A stretch of DNA of 64,000 bases from Bdellovibrionota bacterium. GTDB taxonomy: Bacteria > Bdellovibrionota_C > UBA2361 > CALJRW01. The translations under genes were made by a program, and so were the position numbers. This document shows positions 18,791-29,075 of the stretch, piece after piece. A model generated the notes under the pieces. The model did not search any database. It saw nothing but the letters and a program-made list of their open reading frames with translations, and was not told the origin of the DNA. The stretch spans positions 96,001 to 160,000 of the forward strand of contig JBGSMD010000051.1 of NCBI GenBank assembly GCA_041740355.1. The letters run 5' to 3'. Within the stretch, counting starts at the first letter, position 1, and each line of letters opens with the position of its first letter.

Positions 18791-21232
18791 ATGCAAATCA
18801 TCAAATTCGGCGGATCCTCAGTTGGTAGTGCCATCCGCATCTTAGCAGTTAAAGACATTATCAAAGATAAACTTTCTCAAGATCCGCTCTGCTTAGTAGT
18901 CGTTTCCGCTCTTTCAGGCACCACAGATTTACTTAAAAAATCTGCTGAATTTGCGGTTCAAAAAAAAGGGTTTTCAGAGTTTGTTGAAGAAATCAAAAAC
19001 AAACATTTTAATTGTATTGCCGACTTAGGAATTGATAACCCTGCTTTAATCCTAAGAATCCAGGAAGAAATAAATAATCTAAATGAAAAACTTGTTAGCA
19101 TTAGCTTACTGCAAGATCTAACCAACAAAACTTTAGATCAACTCCTTTGCCTTGGAGAAATCTTTTCCTCGGAAATCGTGGCCAGCCTGTTAACGAAATT
19201 TGACATGCCCGCAGAAGCAATTAATGCTCGAGAGATTATTAAAACTGATAATTCATACTCCTGTGGAATTGTTGACTTTAAATTAAGCAATGAATTAATC
19301 ATTAAGCGTTTTGAAGCTGAGACTGGAGTCAAGGTTATTACTGGCTTTGTTGCTGAAAGTGCTGAAGGAAATTTAATTACTTTAGGTCGTGGAGGATCAG
19401 ACTATACAGCTTCAATTATTGGCGCGGCACTTAATGCCAAAGTAATTGAAATCTGGACCGATGTTGACGGGATGTACACAGCTAATCCTGCAACTGTTAG
19501 TAAAGCTTTTCCGCAAGCCCATCTAACATTTGCCGAAGCAATGGAATTATCACACTTTGGTGCCAAGGTAATTTATCCACCTTCGATTCAGCCTGCGATG
19601 ATTAAGAACATTCCAATCTTAATCAAAAATAGTTTCAATCCTTCTGCTTTAGGAACTGAAATAAGCAATAACAAGCAGGCGAGTCGCCAAAGTATCTGTG
19701 GAATTACTTCCATTGGGCAAACCTCACTTCTTAGATTAGAAGGCTCCGGTTTAGTTGGGGTAAGTGGTACAGCTAGCAGGCTTTTTGCGACCTTAGCCAC
19801 TAGTAAAATTAATGTCATCTTAATTACCCAAGCTTCCTCTGAGCATACAATATGTTTTGCCGTTCAACCCGATCAAGCTTTTCGAGCGAAGGAAACTGTT
19901 GATCAAGAATTTGCACTAGAAATTCAGAGCAACTTAATTAATCCCTTAGTAATCGATCGTGACTTAAGCATTATTTCTATTGTCGGTGAAAACATGAGAA
20001 CGGTTCCTGGCACTGCTGGCAAAATGTTTAATGCCCTCGGTAACAATGGTATAAATATTAACGCCATTGCTCAAGGTTCTTCAGAAATTAATATCTCGGC
20101 AGTAATTGCTCAGAAAGACGAAGACAAGGCACTGAAGGTATTACATGAAGAATTCTTCTTTCCAGATCATAAAACGGTTAATGCCTTTTTAATCGGAACG
20201 GGTTTAATCGGCGAAGAATTAATCAAGCAAATAAAAAATCATAGCGATACACTAGCAACAGAACATGGACATCAAGTCCGAGTTATTGGTTTAGCTAATA
20301 GTCGAAAAATGATTCTAGCAGAAGCTGGTATTAAACCAACAGAATTATCATTAGAGTTACTACTTGCTGGTCAAGATTCTAATCTGGACGAAATTCGTAA
20401 GTTTATTGTTTCTTGTAACTTACCAAACAGCTTAATTGTTGATTGTACAGCCAGCGATGAAATTGCCAGTCATTATCAAAGTTTTCTGGAATCAAAGATT
20501 TCCGTAGTAACTCCTAATAAAAAAGCACAAAGTACTGATTATCTACAATACCTTGAGTTACAGAGAGTTGCTGCTAAACGTGGAGCTAGCTTTATATATG
20601 AAACCAGTGTTGGTGCCGGATTGCCGGTAATTAGTAGTCTAAAGGACTTAATTAAAAGTGGTGATCAGATCCAAAGAATTGAAGCAGTTCTTTCGGGAAC
20701 ATTAAGTTTTATTTTCAATTCATTTGATGGCAGTAAAAGTTTCTCTGCTGTTGTGCTTGATGCGCAAAAAGCTGGATTTACTGAACCAGATCCACGTGAT
20801 GATTTAAATGGACTTGATGTCGCTCGAAAAATTTTGATTCTTGCTCGTGAATGTGGTGCAAATCTAAACTTAAAAGATGTGGTAATAGAAAATTTAGTGC
20901 CTGAAAATTGCCGGGCAACAAATTCAACTGCAGAGTTCTTCCAATTACTTCAGGAATCCGATAGTTACTTCCTAGATAAACTATCCACAGCTCAGAAAAG
21001 AAATTGCAAACTTTGTTACATTGCCAGCTTTGCTGATGGCCAAGCTAAAGTAGAATTAAAAGAAGTAGATCAGGATCACCCCTTTTATAATCTATCTGGT
21101 AGCGACAATATAATTTCGTTTACAAGCGATCGTTACAAACTTCGCCCGCTTGTTGTAAAAGGTCCTGGAGCAGGTGCGGCCGTTACGGCAGCAGGAGTTT
21201 TTGCTGATATCATTAGATTAGCTGGACATTAA
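18791..21232 (+). CDS. thrA: Bifunctional aspartate kinase / homoserine dehydrogenase
   Basis: KFGGSSV, LGRGGSDYTA, two ACT domains, GTGLIG, YETSVGAGLP, GFTEPDPRDDL and GPGAG. Confidence 0.95.
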   Translation: MQIIKFGGSSVGSAIRILAVKDIIKDKLSQDPLCLVVVSALSGTTDLLKKSAEFAVQKKGFSEFVEEIKNKHFNCIADLGIDNPALILRIQEEINNLNEKLVSISLLQDLTNKTLDQLLCLGEIFSSEIVASLLTKFDMPAEAINAREIIKTDNSYSCGIVDFKLSNELIIKRFEAETGVKVITGFVAESAEGNLITLGRGGSDYTASIIGAALNAKVIEIWTDVDGMYTANPATVSKAFPQAHLTFAEAMELSHFGAKVIYPPSIQPAMIKNIPILIKNSFNPSALGTEISNNKQASRQSICGITSIGQTSLLRLEGSGLVGVSGTASRLFATLATSKINVILITQASSEHTICFAVQPDQAFRAKETVDQEFALEIQSNLINPLVIDRDLSIISIVGENMRTVPGTAGKMFNALGNNGININAIAQGSSEINISAVIAQKDEDKALKVLHEEFFFPDHKTVNAFLIGTGLIGEELIKQIKNHSDTLATEHGHQVRVIGLANSRKMILAEAGIKPTELSLELLLAGQDSNLDEIRKFIVSCNLPNSLIVDCTASDEIASHYQSFLESKISVVTPNKKAQSTDYLQYLELQRVAAKRGASFIYETSVGAGLPVISSLKDLIKSGDQIQRIEAVLSGTLSFIFNSFDGSKSFSAVVLDAQKAGFTEPDPRDDLNGLDVARKILILARECGANLNLKDVVIENLVPENCRATNSTAEFFQLLQESDSYFLDKLSTAQKRNCKLCYIASFADGQAKVELKEVDQDHPFYNLSGSDNIISFTSDRYKLRPLVVKGPGAGAAVTAAGVFADIIRLAGH

Positions 21233-21263
21233 CCTACACTAATAAAGTAATCTGAGTTCAAAC

Positions 21264-22559
21264 ATGAAAACCTTTAGTACCAATAACCATTCTGTCTTGT
21301 TTGAGATTGCCGATGCCGTAATGTTAGGGCAAGCTCCAGATGGTGGGCTTTTTATGCCGGAGAATATTCCACAATTATCCTTGGGGCAGTTAAATAGTTT
21401 TAGAAATTCATCCTTCAATGAGATTGCCCTACAAATAAGTAAGCAGTTTTTTTGTCCTGAAATCCCAGAAAACGATCTTAAAAAATTAATTGATCAGGCT
21501 TATGATTTTGATGCTCCTTTAAAAACTGTTGCGAGTGACTTACATTTTCTGGAACTATTTCATGGACCAACTTTAGCTTTCAAAGATTTTGGTGCGCGCT
21601 TTATGGCGCAGTTGATGTCTTATTACCTTAGCCAGAATAATCACAAACTTAATATCTTAGTAGCAACCTCGGGCGATACAGGTAGCGCGGTTGCCGCGGC
21701 ATTCCATAAAGTACCTAATATTAATGTTGTAATTTTATTTCCTAGTGGACGAGTAAGTAAAATTCAGGAAATGCAGTTAACGACTTGGGGAGAGAATATT
21801 CAAGCTTTGGAAATTGATGGAACTTTTGATGATTGCCAACAATTTGTTAAGTCCGCTTTCCAAGATCGAGAATTTAAAAGCAACTTTCAGTTAACTTCTG
21901 CGAACTCAATTAACATTTCTAGATTAATACCTCAGAGTTTTTATTATTTTTATGCTTGGTCAAGACTCTCCGAAAAAAAATCATGTTTTATTGTTCCTAG
22001 TGGGAACTTAGGAAATGTATCAGCCGGAGTCATCGCTCAAAGGATGGGCCTACCTGTTGATCAGTTTATTATCGCAACAAATTCCAATCGAGTTGTTCCT
22101 GATTATTTCGAGTCGGGTAATTTTGAACCAAAGCCCTCTGTTGCTACAATTTCCAATGCTATGGATGTAGGTAATCCCAGCAATCTAATTAGGTTGCAAA
22201 ATATTTTTAAAGGAGAATTTACTAAACTAAAGGAGCTAGTCTCAACTTGCTCTTTTAACGATCAGGAAACCAGCGAAGCAATTAATGAAGTTTATCAAAA
22301 ATATAATTATTTAATCTGCCCGCACACCGCAGTTGGATATCTGGCGGCAAAGGAAGTGCCCTCTGATTATCAGAAGATAGTTCTAGCTACGGCACATCCC
22401 AATAAATTTGCCGATGTCTTAGAAAATGTTCTTGGATTCGAACTTCCAACAAACGAACTATTAGCGCAAGTCGCTCTAAAGCCAACAAGTGCTACAAAGC
22501 TTCCAGCGAACTATCTTACAATTAAGAATTACATTCAGCTCTCTTTAACTGAAAGATAA
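21264..22559 (+). CDS. thrC: Threonine synthase
   Basis: APDGGLF, LELFHGPTLAFKDFG, ATSGDTG, SANSIN and ATAHP.KF. Confidence 0.95.
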   Translation: MKTFSTNNHSVLFEIADAVMLGQAPDGGLFMPENIPQLSLGQLNSFRNSSFNEIALQISKQFFCPEIPENDLKKLIDQAYDFDAPLKTVASDLHFLELFHGPTLAFKDFGARFMAQLMSYYLSQNNHKLNILVATSGDTGSAVAAAFHKVPNINVVILFPSGRVSKIQEMQLTTWGENIQALEIDGTFDDCQQFVKSAFQDREFKSNFQLTSANSINISRLIPQSFYYFYAWSRLSEKKSCFIVPSGNLGNVSAGVIAQRMGLPVDQFIIATNSNRVVPDYFESGNFEPKPSVATISNAMDVGNPSNLIRLQNIFKGEFTKLKELVSTCSFNDQETSEAINEVYQKYNYLICPHTAVGYLAAKEVPSDYQKIVLATAHPNKFADVLENVLGFELPTNELLAQVALKPTSATKLPANYLTIKNYIQLSLTER

Positions 22560-22597
22560 ATTTTCTTGGCAATAGATCTCTGATCAAGTAAGTTAGT

Positions 22598-22746
22598 TAT
22601 AGTGATGACAAAAGATTAATTTCGTAAAAATAAATTAACGAAACTTATTTTTATCATCACCATATGATTTTAATTTCCCTCCGAGGGATAGGAAAGCCCC
22701 AAAAAGTAATTTCCTTAGGTAATTAACTTTTTGGACTTTCTATATA
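22598..22746 (+). mobile_element. ~148-bp MITE-like triple-hairpin repeat, copy 3
   Basis: TATAGTGATGACAAAAG...TTTTTATCATCACCATA / TTCCCTCCGAGGGATAG / GAAAGCCCCAAAAAGTAATTTCC...CTTTTTGGACTTTCTATATA. Confidence 0.78.
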
Positions 22747-22773
22747 GATTCTAACTTTAATTCCTAATCAGCA

Positions 22774-23334
22774 ATGAAAATTTTAGCTTTCTCAGGTAGT
22801 ACGCGTAAACAATCTTATAATTCCCAACTAATTGCAGTAGCGGCAACGCTGGCTAAAAATGCTGGTGCAGAAGTCACATTGCTTAACTTTGCTGACTACG
22901 AATTGCCGCTTTACAATCAGGATCTAGAAACAGAATCGGGGCTACCTGAAAATTGCTTGAAACTAAAAGAAATTTTTAAAGCACACGAGGGACTACTAAT
23001 CTCCTCACCTGAATATAACTCAGCTATCACACCATTACTGCTAAATACTTTTGATTGGATCTCTCGAAGTTCAGGAGCACAGGATCCGGGACTATCCGCT
23101 TTTAAAGATAAGAAGTGTAGTTTACTCTCCGCCTCACCCGGCCAGCTTGGAGGATTAAGAAGTTTAGTTTTTCTCAAAATGTTTTTAGGAAATATTGGTG
23201 TAACAGTACTTCCAGTTCAGTTTGCGCTAGGCAATGCACACGAAGCATTTAATGACTCGGGTTTACTAATTAATCCGACAGTCGAAAAGAAAGTAAGTAG
23301 TGTTGTAAATGATCTAGTAAAGTCCTTGTCTTAG
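22774..23334 (+). CDS. NADPH-dependent FMN reductase
   Basis: GSTR..S.N, SPEYN, DWISR and SASPG..GG.R motifs. Confidence 0.9.
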   Translation: MKILAFSGSTRKQSYNSQLIAVAATLAKNAGAEVTLLNFADYELPLYNQDLETESGLPENCLKLKEIFKAHEGLLISSPEYNSAITPLLLNTFDWISRSSGAQDPGLSAFKDKKCSLLSASPGQLGGLRSLVFLKMFLGNIGVTVLPVQFALGNAHEAFNDSGLLINPTVEKKVSSVVNDLVKSLS

Positions 23335-23359
23335 TTCACACTAGCCATTAACCTGATTT

Positions 23360-23968
23360 TTATTCGCAACGATCAACATCTCTAAATACTAAAGCAATCT
23401 TGCCTACTGATTTGACTGGCTGACCAGATGTATTTATACCTTTTAAGATAAACTTAACATTAGTTGCGCCCGACTCTATTGGTAATGGTCCACGATTTGG
23501 GTATAAAAACTTACTGGCATCTTTGGCTTGTAATAATAAAGCCAACAAGCGGGTCGTCGCTCCTGTATCCACAAAACCGATATTAGCCAAAGAAAGTTTT
23601 TTAGATTTATAAGATTTTTTATTTAACTTAGTAATAAAGAATCTTACGCTGTCAAATCGAATTGCTTGCAGCGAATTATTATAAATGTAAATTCCTGCTA
23701 GCGTATCAAAGAATGGTTCTGGTTTTGGTTTCAGTGGATCATCTGACTGACATAAATTTTGCAAGGTATCAATTGCTAAGTCATGAGATCCTTCACTAAT
23801 CATCCCTTGATCATAAAGTTCTATTTTCATGATTCGAATCGGACGGACTTGTTCAAAGAGTGAATTATCGGAAGGACCAGCAAAAGATAGGCCTGGCAAT
23901 AAGGAAATCGATAGGATTATTAGGAATGCTTTGATTTTCATAAATAATAATATCGACCGCTTAATCAA
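23360..23968 (-). CDS. Hypothetical exported protein
   Basis: Signal-peptide-like N-terminus (..GLSFA-G) and two Cys; no family recognised. Confidence 0.6.
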   Translation of the reverse strand: MIKRSILLFMKIKAFLIILSISLLPGLSFAGPSDNSLFEQVRPIRIMKIELYDQGMISEGSHDLAIDTLQNLCQSDDPLKPKPEPFFDTLAGIYIYNNSLQAIRFDSVRFFITKLNKKSYKSKKLSLANIGFVDTGATTRLLALLLQAKDASKFLYPNRGPLPIESGATNVKFILKGINTSGQPVKSVGKIALVFRDVDRCE

Positions 23969-24188
23969 AAAACTTTATACCCTTTAAAGGTATCTTTTAG
24001 GCTTAGCTCCAATGTTAACAACTTAATATAACTGGAATTTTTACCTCAAAGGATTGTTTTAAGATATCAATCGTTGGTAAGTTCAGCTTGTACTAAACTT
24101 AAGTGATTGAAAATCATCTTTTTTTGATTGACTAGGACAAAGGTTCCTCACTATATTGCTTCCCAGTTGTAAATTATGTTGTATTCAC

Positions 24189-27149
24189 ATGGTTAGTACC
24201 CCCGAAAGAAGTTCTGTCCCAGATAATGTTAGCCACGCTGACCTATTAAGCTTACTTAACGATCCCAATTCAGCATTACCTGATGTTAATGAGATATTAA
24301 CCAAAGTTCTTGCTACTCTTTCACCAGACAAGCAAAGGGAAATATTAAAAGGCATAATATTTAAAGCAGAAGAAACTCAATTAGAATTTCCTAGACATGA
24401 TTCAATCTTAGCGGATGAAAAGTTGCCAGGTTTTACAGTTGTTAAAGACAATTCTGAAGCCGAAAGTCAAACACCCTCGACCAATTCATTCCCAGAAAAA
24501 TCCAACGGGACAAGTCCTACTTACGAATTAAATGAGCACGGATATATTCCAAGAATCAGTGGACACTTTGTTAACTGGTGTACGCCACTAGCTAAGGTTT
24601 TAGTGGAGCAAGGTAACTTAGCTAATAATCCAAAGCTTAGGAATGAACTTCGTGATTTAATGTATGGATTTCAAAGTGATATTCCAGCTAAGCAAGTTAA
24701 AAAGCATTTAGCTAACCGTATTAACTTCATGCGTGACGCCTCCCCGGAAACGCTTTCTAAAGTTTTTCTAAGACTAAGAGAACTTGCTAATAATTATGAA
24801 ATTCAACCCGTTGAAGCTTCGCCAGTAATAAATCCCAGGTACAGTAAGGTTAATACTGATAGTCAATTTCGTAATGACGTTAGATATTCTGATTATATGA
24901 ACCAGGCAATTAGATTTATTCATCAAATTGATGATAAGGGCGGATTAAGTAAATCAAATATCCGAATCCAGGTTTGTCAGGCAATTCCCGAAGCAAATCC
25001 AGAAATTGGTGAAAGATTTATTAAACGTCATTTAATTGCCAAACTTAAACGTGCGGCTGAAATTCTGCCTGCAGATCGAGAACAAACACTGTTTAGAAAA
25101 CTTGAAAAGATTCACAGTGAGATTCCAGATGATGTAGTAGTCATAAAAAAATCCAGCGGCAGTTATGTGCCAATAAATCAACAATCTATTTCCAAAGAAA
25201 TTGCGCAAGGAATACAACTGATTGAAACAATTAGTGAGCGCGGAGGCTTAAAATTATCAGCAACAGTTATGGCGCTTTGCTCAATTATTCCAAAAACTGA
25301 CAGTAGTAGCGATCCCCGCACGATTAAGCGTCACCTAATTTCTAAGCTCCGAGAAGCGGGAGCTGAAACTCCACCTGCCGAACATCAAACATTTCTTACC
25401 AAATTAGAAGCGGTTCTTATCACAGTTCCCGAGATCCCAGGTCGTCCTGCAAAGATTAGTAAATTAGAAAATAAGCCACTCAGTGTGGAAATCATATCTG
25501 CCTTAGAAACAATCGAAGCTATGAAAGACAAAGGCTGCTTCGATGATAAAAATGTGCTCGGATTAATCGCTGAAGTGATTCCTAATGTAAATAGAGATAC
25601 CCATCGCAGAGGTTTGAAAGGTCACTTTGATAAATTACTAAAACTTGCTAACTACTTACCAGAAGATCAGCAAGCAGGGATTGCCCGCAACCTTAAGAAA
25701 ATTTTAGAACAAGCGCCTGAAAATCAGATTCCAACTCCTAGTGTAAGAGTCAAATCGACTACAAGTGTAATTACTAAAGTCAGCTCCGCTAATTTTCCAA
25801 CTCAACTTTTTAATTCTGCAAGTGATATAATCATAGAGATTGATCGCAAAGCTGGACTTAGTAATAAAGCAACAGTAGCAGAACTCTGTCAGTTGATTCC
25901 GGGGACAATTCCAGAAACTAACGTTAAGGCAATTAAAAGACACATAATAGCTAAACTTAGATTGGCCTTAACAAGCGAACCCGAAACTTTTCAACAATCA
26001 CTTCTTGCAAAATTAAAAAGTGTGGATGAACAGGTAGTCGTTGTTGATAAAAAAACACGCACTATTACCAGAAAAATTCTTCCAAATAAAAATATTGAAC
26101 TTGCTACAGCTTTAATAAATAGAATAGCTGAAGAGGTAGGTCTTAATAAAGCAGAGATTCGGGCCAAGATTTGTGCGATTATTCCTGATACCAATCCAAA
26201 AATAATAGCAATGTTATTAAAAAAACATTTAATTGCTAAGGTGAAGATTGCCCTCACCATTCGTCCGGCATCAGAGCAACTGAGTATTATTGAAAAATTA
26301 CAAGACTTACAGGCTAATGCTGCAACATTTAACGATTCAAGTAAAACTGAGACTACCCCTAGAATAAGTCGTCCTGCTAGACCCACACTAGAAAAGACTC
26401 CAAGAGTATTGCAGACAAAGGACTCAATAAGATCTAAGAAAACACCAGACGTAACCGCAGCGCCTGTCAAAGTAACTAAACCAGAGAGAGTAGTGAGACC
26501 TCCCGTTTCTCATGTTGTTTTAACTGCTGACATGGGTGTCGATCTAGCACTTGGAATGAGTTTTTTAGGAAATGCTTTTCAAACTTTAAAATTATATCCT
26601 GGTGTAATACCCCCAATCCCAAAAGAACTGACCTTAGAATTACTATCCTCCCCCTGTCCATTTTTCCCTACTATGAGAATTTTAGATACCCATGTTCTAT
26701 CTTTAATTCCAGCAACCTTAAATCAAAAACCTCTTTCAATTACTCAAGCTACTAACTTAATCAGACCCGCAATGTCTTATGGTTATCGAGAAGGAAAAGT
26801 TCTAAATAACTTTCCATTTGAAAAGTTGGCGTTTCTAAACGAAACAAAAACAGAAAGTTACTGGGCTTTGATACCAATGTATGCTCCAAAAGATCCTAAC
26901 TTTGAGAATTATGAAATTGCCTCGGCCCGAGAGCTTTTTATTACTGCCGCTATAATGTTAAAGTTTGCTGATCGCCAAATATTTGGAGGAAAGGTTGCTT
27001 GTACTTCTACCCAAGTAACAGATTCAAAATATCCGATTATAACCGTTGGTTCCAATGAGAAGAAATTAAATGTAAATTTTACAAATTTACCTTCATTAAA
27101 TATGTCCAGCTTCTCTTACTTAGGTTGGGGACTTAAGAGAATTTTATAG
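24189..27149 (+). CDS. Large orphan protein with six ~100-aa helical repeats and a globular C-terminal domain
   Basis: Probable ATG at 24189 (the track starts at TTG 24156); repeated GL.....C..IP.....K[RK]H[LI]I.K...A....P...Q....KL units. Confidence 0.75.
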   Translation: MVSTPERSSVPDNVSHADLLSLLNDPNSALPDVNEILTKVLATLSPDKQREILKGIIFKAEETQLEFPRHDSILADEKLPGFTVVKDNSEAESQTPSTNSFPEKSNGTSPTYELNEHGYIPRISGHFVNWCTPLAKVLVEQGNLANNPKLRNELRDLMYGFQSDIPAKQVKKHLANRINFMRDASPETLSKVFLRLRELANNYEIQPVEASPVINPRYSKVNTDSQFRNDVRYSDYMNQAIRFIHQIDDKGGLSKSNIRIQVCQAIPEANPEIGERFIKRHLIAKLKRAAEILPADREQTLFRKLEKIHSEIPDDVVVIKKSSGSYVPINQQSISKEIAQGIQLIETISERGGLKLSATVMALCSIIPKTDSSSDPRTIKRHLISKLREAGAETPPAEHQTFLTKLEAVLITVPEIPGRPAKISKLENKPLSVEIISALETIEAMKDKGCFDDKNVLGLIAEVIPNVNRDTHRRGLKGHFDKLLKLANYLPEDQQAGIARNLKKILEQAPENQIPTPSVRVKSTTSVITKVSSANFPTQLFNSASDIIIEIDRKAGLSNKATVAELCQLIPGTIPETNVKAIKRHIIAKLRLALTSEPETFQQSLLAKLKSVDEQVVVVDKKTRTITRKILPNKNIELATALINRIAEEVGLNKAEIRAKICAIIPDTNPKIIAMLLKKHLIAKVKIALTIRPASEQLSIIEKLQDLQANAATFNDSSKTETTPRISRPARPTLEKTPRVLQTKDSIRSKKTPDVTAAPVKVTKPERVVRPPVSHVVLTADMGVDLALGMSFLGNAFQTLKLYPGVIPPIPKELTLELLSSPCPFFPTMRILDTHVLSLIPATLNQKPLSITQATNLIRPAMSYGYREGKVLNNFPFEKLAFLNETKTESYWALIPMYAPKDPNFENYEIASARELFITAAIMLKFADRQIFGGKVACTSTQVTDSKYPIITVGSNEKKLNVNFTNLPSLNMSSFSYLGWGLKRIL

Positions 27150-27198
27150 AACGCAACCAGAATTGATTCTATACTAATTAGAAATGGACTAGGTAAAA

Positions 27199-27639
27199 TT
27201 AATTTAAATTTAGATTAATTAGCACTTGGGCAGAGATTGTGGACCCAGCAATCTTCTGGGCAGCTTGTAAATGTTCCGGATGAAAAACAGCCTTGCCGTT
27301 TGTTTGGGTTAGCATTTTTTGTGTGGGACTTCCATCTAATACAATACTCACCTCTAATCCCTGTAGAACATCAGCTTCATTCAATCGCCGGTCGCGGGCA
27401 ATTGTTCCTCCAATCGCCCGATGCAAATCACTGGAAACCTGCCTCAGTTCACTTTCAATGTCAGTAATTTCTTTCGGTATTTGCAACTTTCGATTTGCTA
27501 GCAAAGTACTGTATCCCATGGTTCCAGGGCGTAGAACTCGCAATCCACTTTCTGATGTAATTTCTTCAAAAACATCGCCAACCTTAAAAACATCTGGCGC
27601 TCTTAATTCTAGAGACCTTTTAGTAAATAAACTTAACAT
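27199..27639 (-). CDS. Hypothetical protein
   Basis: 146-aa ATG ORF preceded by GGAAAG; favoured over the overlapping + strand ORFs. Confidence 0.55.
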   Translation of the reverse strand: MLSLFTKRSLELRAPDVFKVGDVFEEITSESGLRVLRPGTMGYSTLLANRKLQIPKEITDIESELRQVSSDLHRAIGGTIARDRRLNEADVLQGLEVSIVLDGSPTQKMLTQTNGKAVFHPEHLQAAQKIAGSTISAQVLINLNLN

Positions 27640-27836
27640 ATTCTACTTTCCAATAAAGAAATCACCCAACTCGGGAAATTTAACGACTATTGGATCTCGG
27701 ACGGAACTTAGGAATTCTAAAGTAAAAAATTTGGCGCAGTGGACTCAATTGATCAAAGTACCTGATAAGGAGAAATTAGATAAGTATTTTTCGTTTACTA
27801 TCGAAAAGCTAAGATAAAATACTAAAGAACTCTGAA

Positions 27837-29075
27837 TTATTCCTTTTCTGGGAAATGCCCGTGTAGGCTAGCCAAAGCAAGCTGTTGATACTCTAGTATA
27901 GTGGCAGTTTTTATGACTTTACCATCAACTTCTTTTGGTATCGTTACGGCTAGAAGTGCACTATCCCAATCAACACCGATAAATTTAGTATTAAAAACTT
28001 CAGAAAGAATTAACTTATCCGAGCTTATTCCCGTAGCGATTAAGGAGCCATCAGTCAACTGAAACGTCTCTCCAGTTAACAATCCATTAGTAGACGATAG
28101 TTTTGCTAATAAAATCCCTCCAGGATCCAAAACCTCTATAAGATCGCCGGGCTTGCCATTGCCAGCAGGGCCAGTTTCGGCATGTTGAAATGATAGCCCT
28201 GTTAAATCTTTTAGCTCTAAGCGAAATGGATAAACTAACTGTCCAGATTTAGTTTCACGTAAGTAGTAAAAATTACCATGTTGCAATTCTTGTCCATCAA
28301 TCAAAAGTTGCTGATCTAACTCTAAACTTGGCAGAAAACTTAAATCATTAGTTGGTTTTAGTTGAAGTGGATTATCAGTTTGATATTTTAAATTATATAG
28401 ATCCTCACCATTACCTTCATATGCTGGTGCAAGATTAATTTTTAGCCTACTACTATCCGCTGAATATTCCATAGTGCCAGTGCTTCCAACCGTAGCCCAA
28501 ATTGCATTATCCGTAGAAGCTTCGATTTGATATGTCTTGGTAGCCTCTTCACCAGTTTGGCTATCTCTTGTTCGGACAATAATTTCCTCACCTAATTCTT
28601 TCAGCGCAGTTTCTAATGCATGTTCCGCAAAGTTTTTAAATACGCCTGGATTTGCTACATCTACATAACCAGAAGGAAGTAATAACATGCCATTTGGTCG
28701 GCGAGCTAAAATCAAATAATCCTCACCAGCAATATCTATTACGACGGCAACTGAAACTCCAACATTAGCTAATGGTAATTTGCGACCAAGTGAAATTTCA
28801 GCATCAATAATAGCATCATTCATTTTCAGATTATCCGTATTCCCCCGATCTTGAGACATCTCCATGAAATTATTCTTTTTGCCAGTTGAATCTAAATGAA
28901 GAACTCCCTCCTTTGCACTTAGCTCAAGTTCTGCATTTAGAAAACTTAGCCCATTGGAACGTCCAAGGATTTGATTTTGATGTGCTGGAAGTGGCACGTT
29001 GGGAATTACAGCTACTGCTGGTAATTGGCTGACAGCATTACCTGTAAGATGAGATGACATAGGAGTTTCATTCAT
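27837..29075 (-). CDS. Divergent Nudix-fold protein
   Basis: DYLILARR...LLPSGYV...ALETALKELGEE resembles a Nudix box; probable ATG at 29075 (the track extends to 29150). Confidence 0.6.
   Translation of the reverse strand: MNETPMSSHLTGNAVSQLPAVAVIPNVPLPAHQNQILGRSNGLSFLNAELELSAKEGVLHLDSTGKKNNFMEMSQDRGNTDNLKMNDAIIDAEISLGRKLPLANVGVSVAVVIDIAGEDYLILARRPNGMLLLPSGYVDVANPGVFKNFAEHALETALKELGEEIIVRTRDSQTGEEATKTYQIEASTDNAIWATVGSTGTMEYSADSSRLKINLAPAYEGNGEDLYNLKYQTDNPLQLKPTNDLSFLPSLELDQQLLIDGQELQHGNFYYLRETKSGQLVYPFRLELKDLTGLSFQHAETGPAGNGKPGDLIEVLDPGGILLAKLSSTNGLLTGETFQLTDGSLIATGISSDKLILSEVFNTKFIGVDWDSALLAVTIPKEVDGKVIKTATILEYQQLALASLHGHFPEKE

Noticed and set aside
18512-18864. ORF-track entries 18512-18733 and 18604-18864 with repeated KASTWQARL
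   Set aside because: These are antisense translations of the REP array, overlapping argS and thrA.
27731-27760. tRNA-like TGGCGCAGTGG
   Set aside because: No acceptor stem, anticodon arm or T-arm.
27237-27817. + strand ORFs 27237-27467 and 27293-27817, and other short antisense or nested ORFs in the track
   Set aside because: They are shadow frames of better-supported genes and show no motifs.
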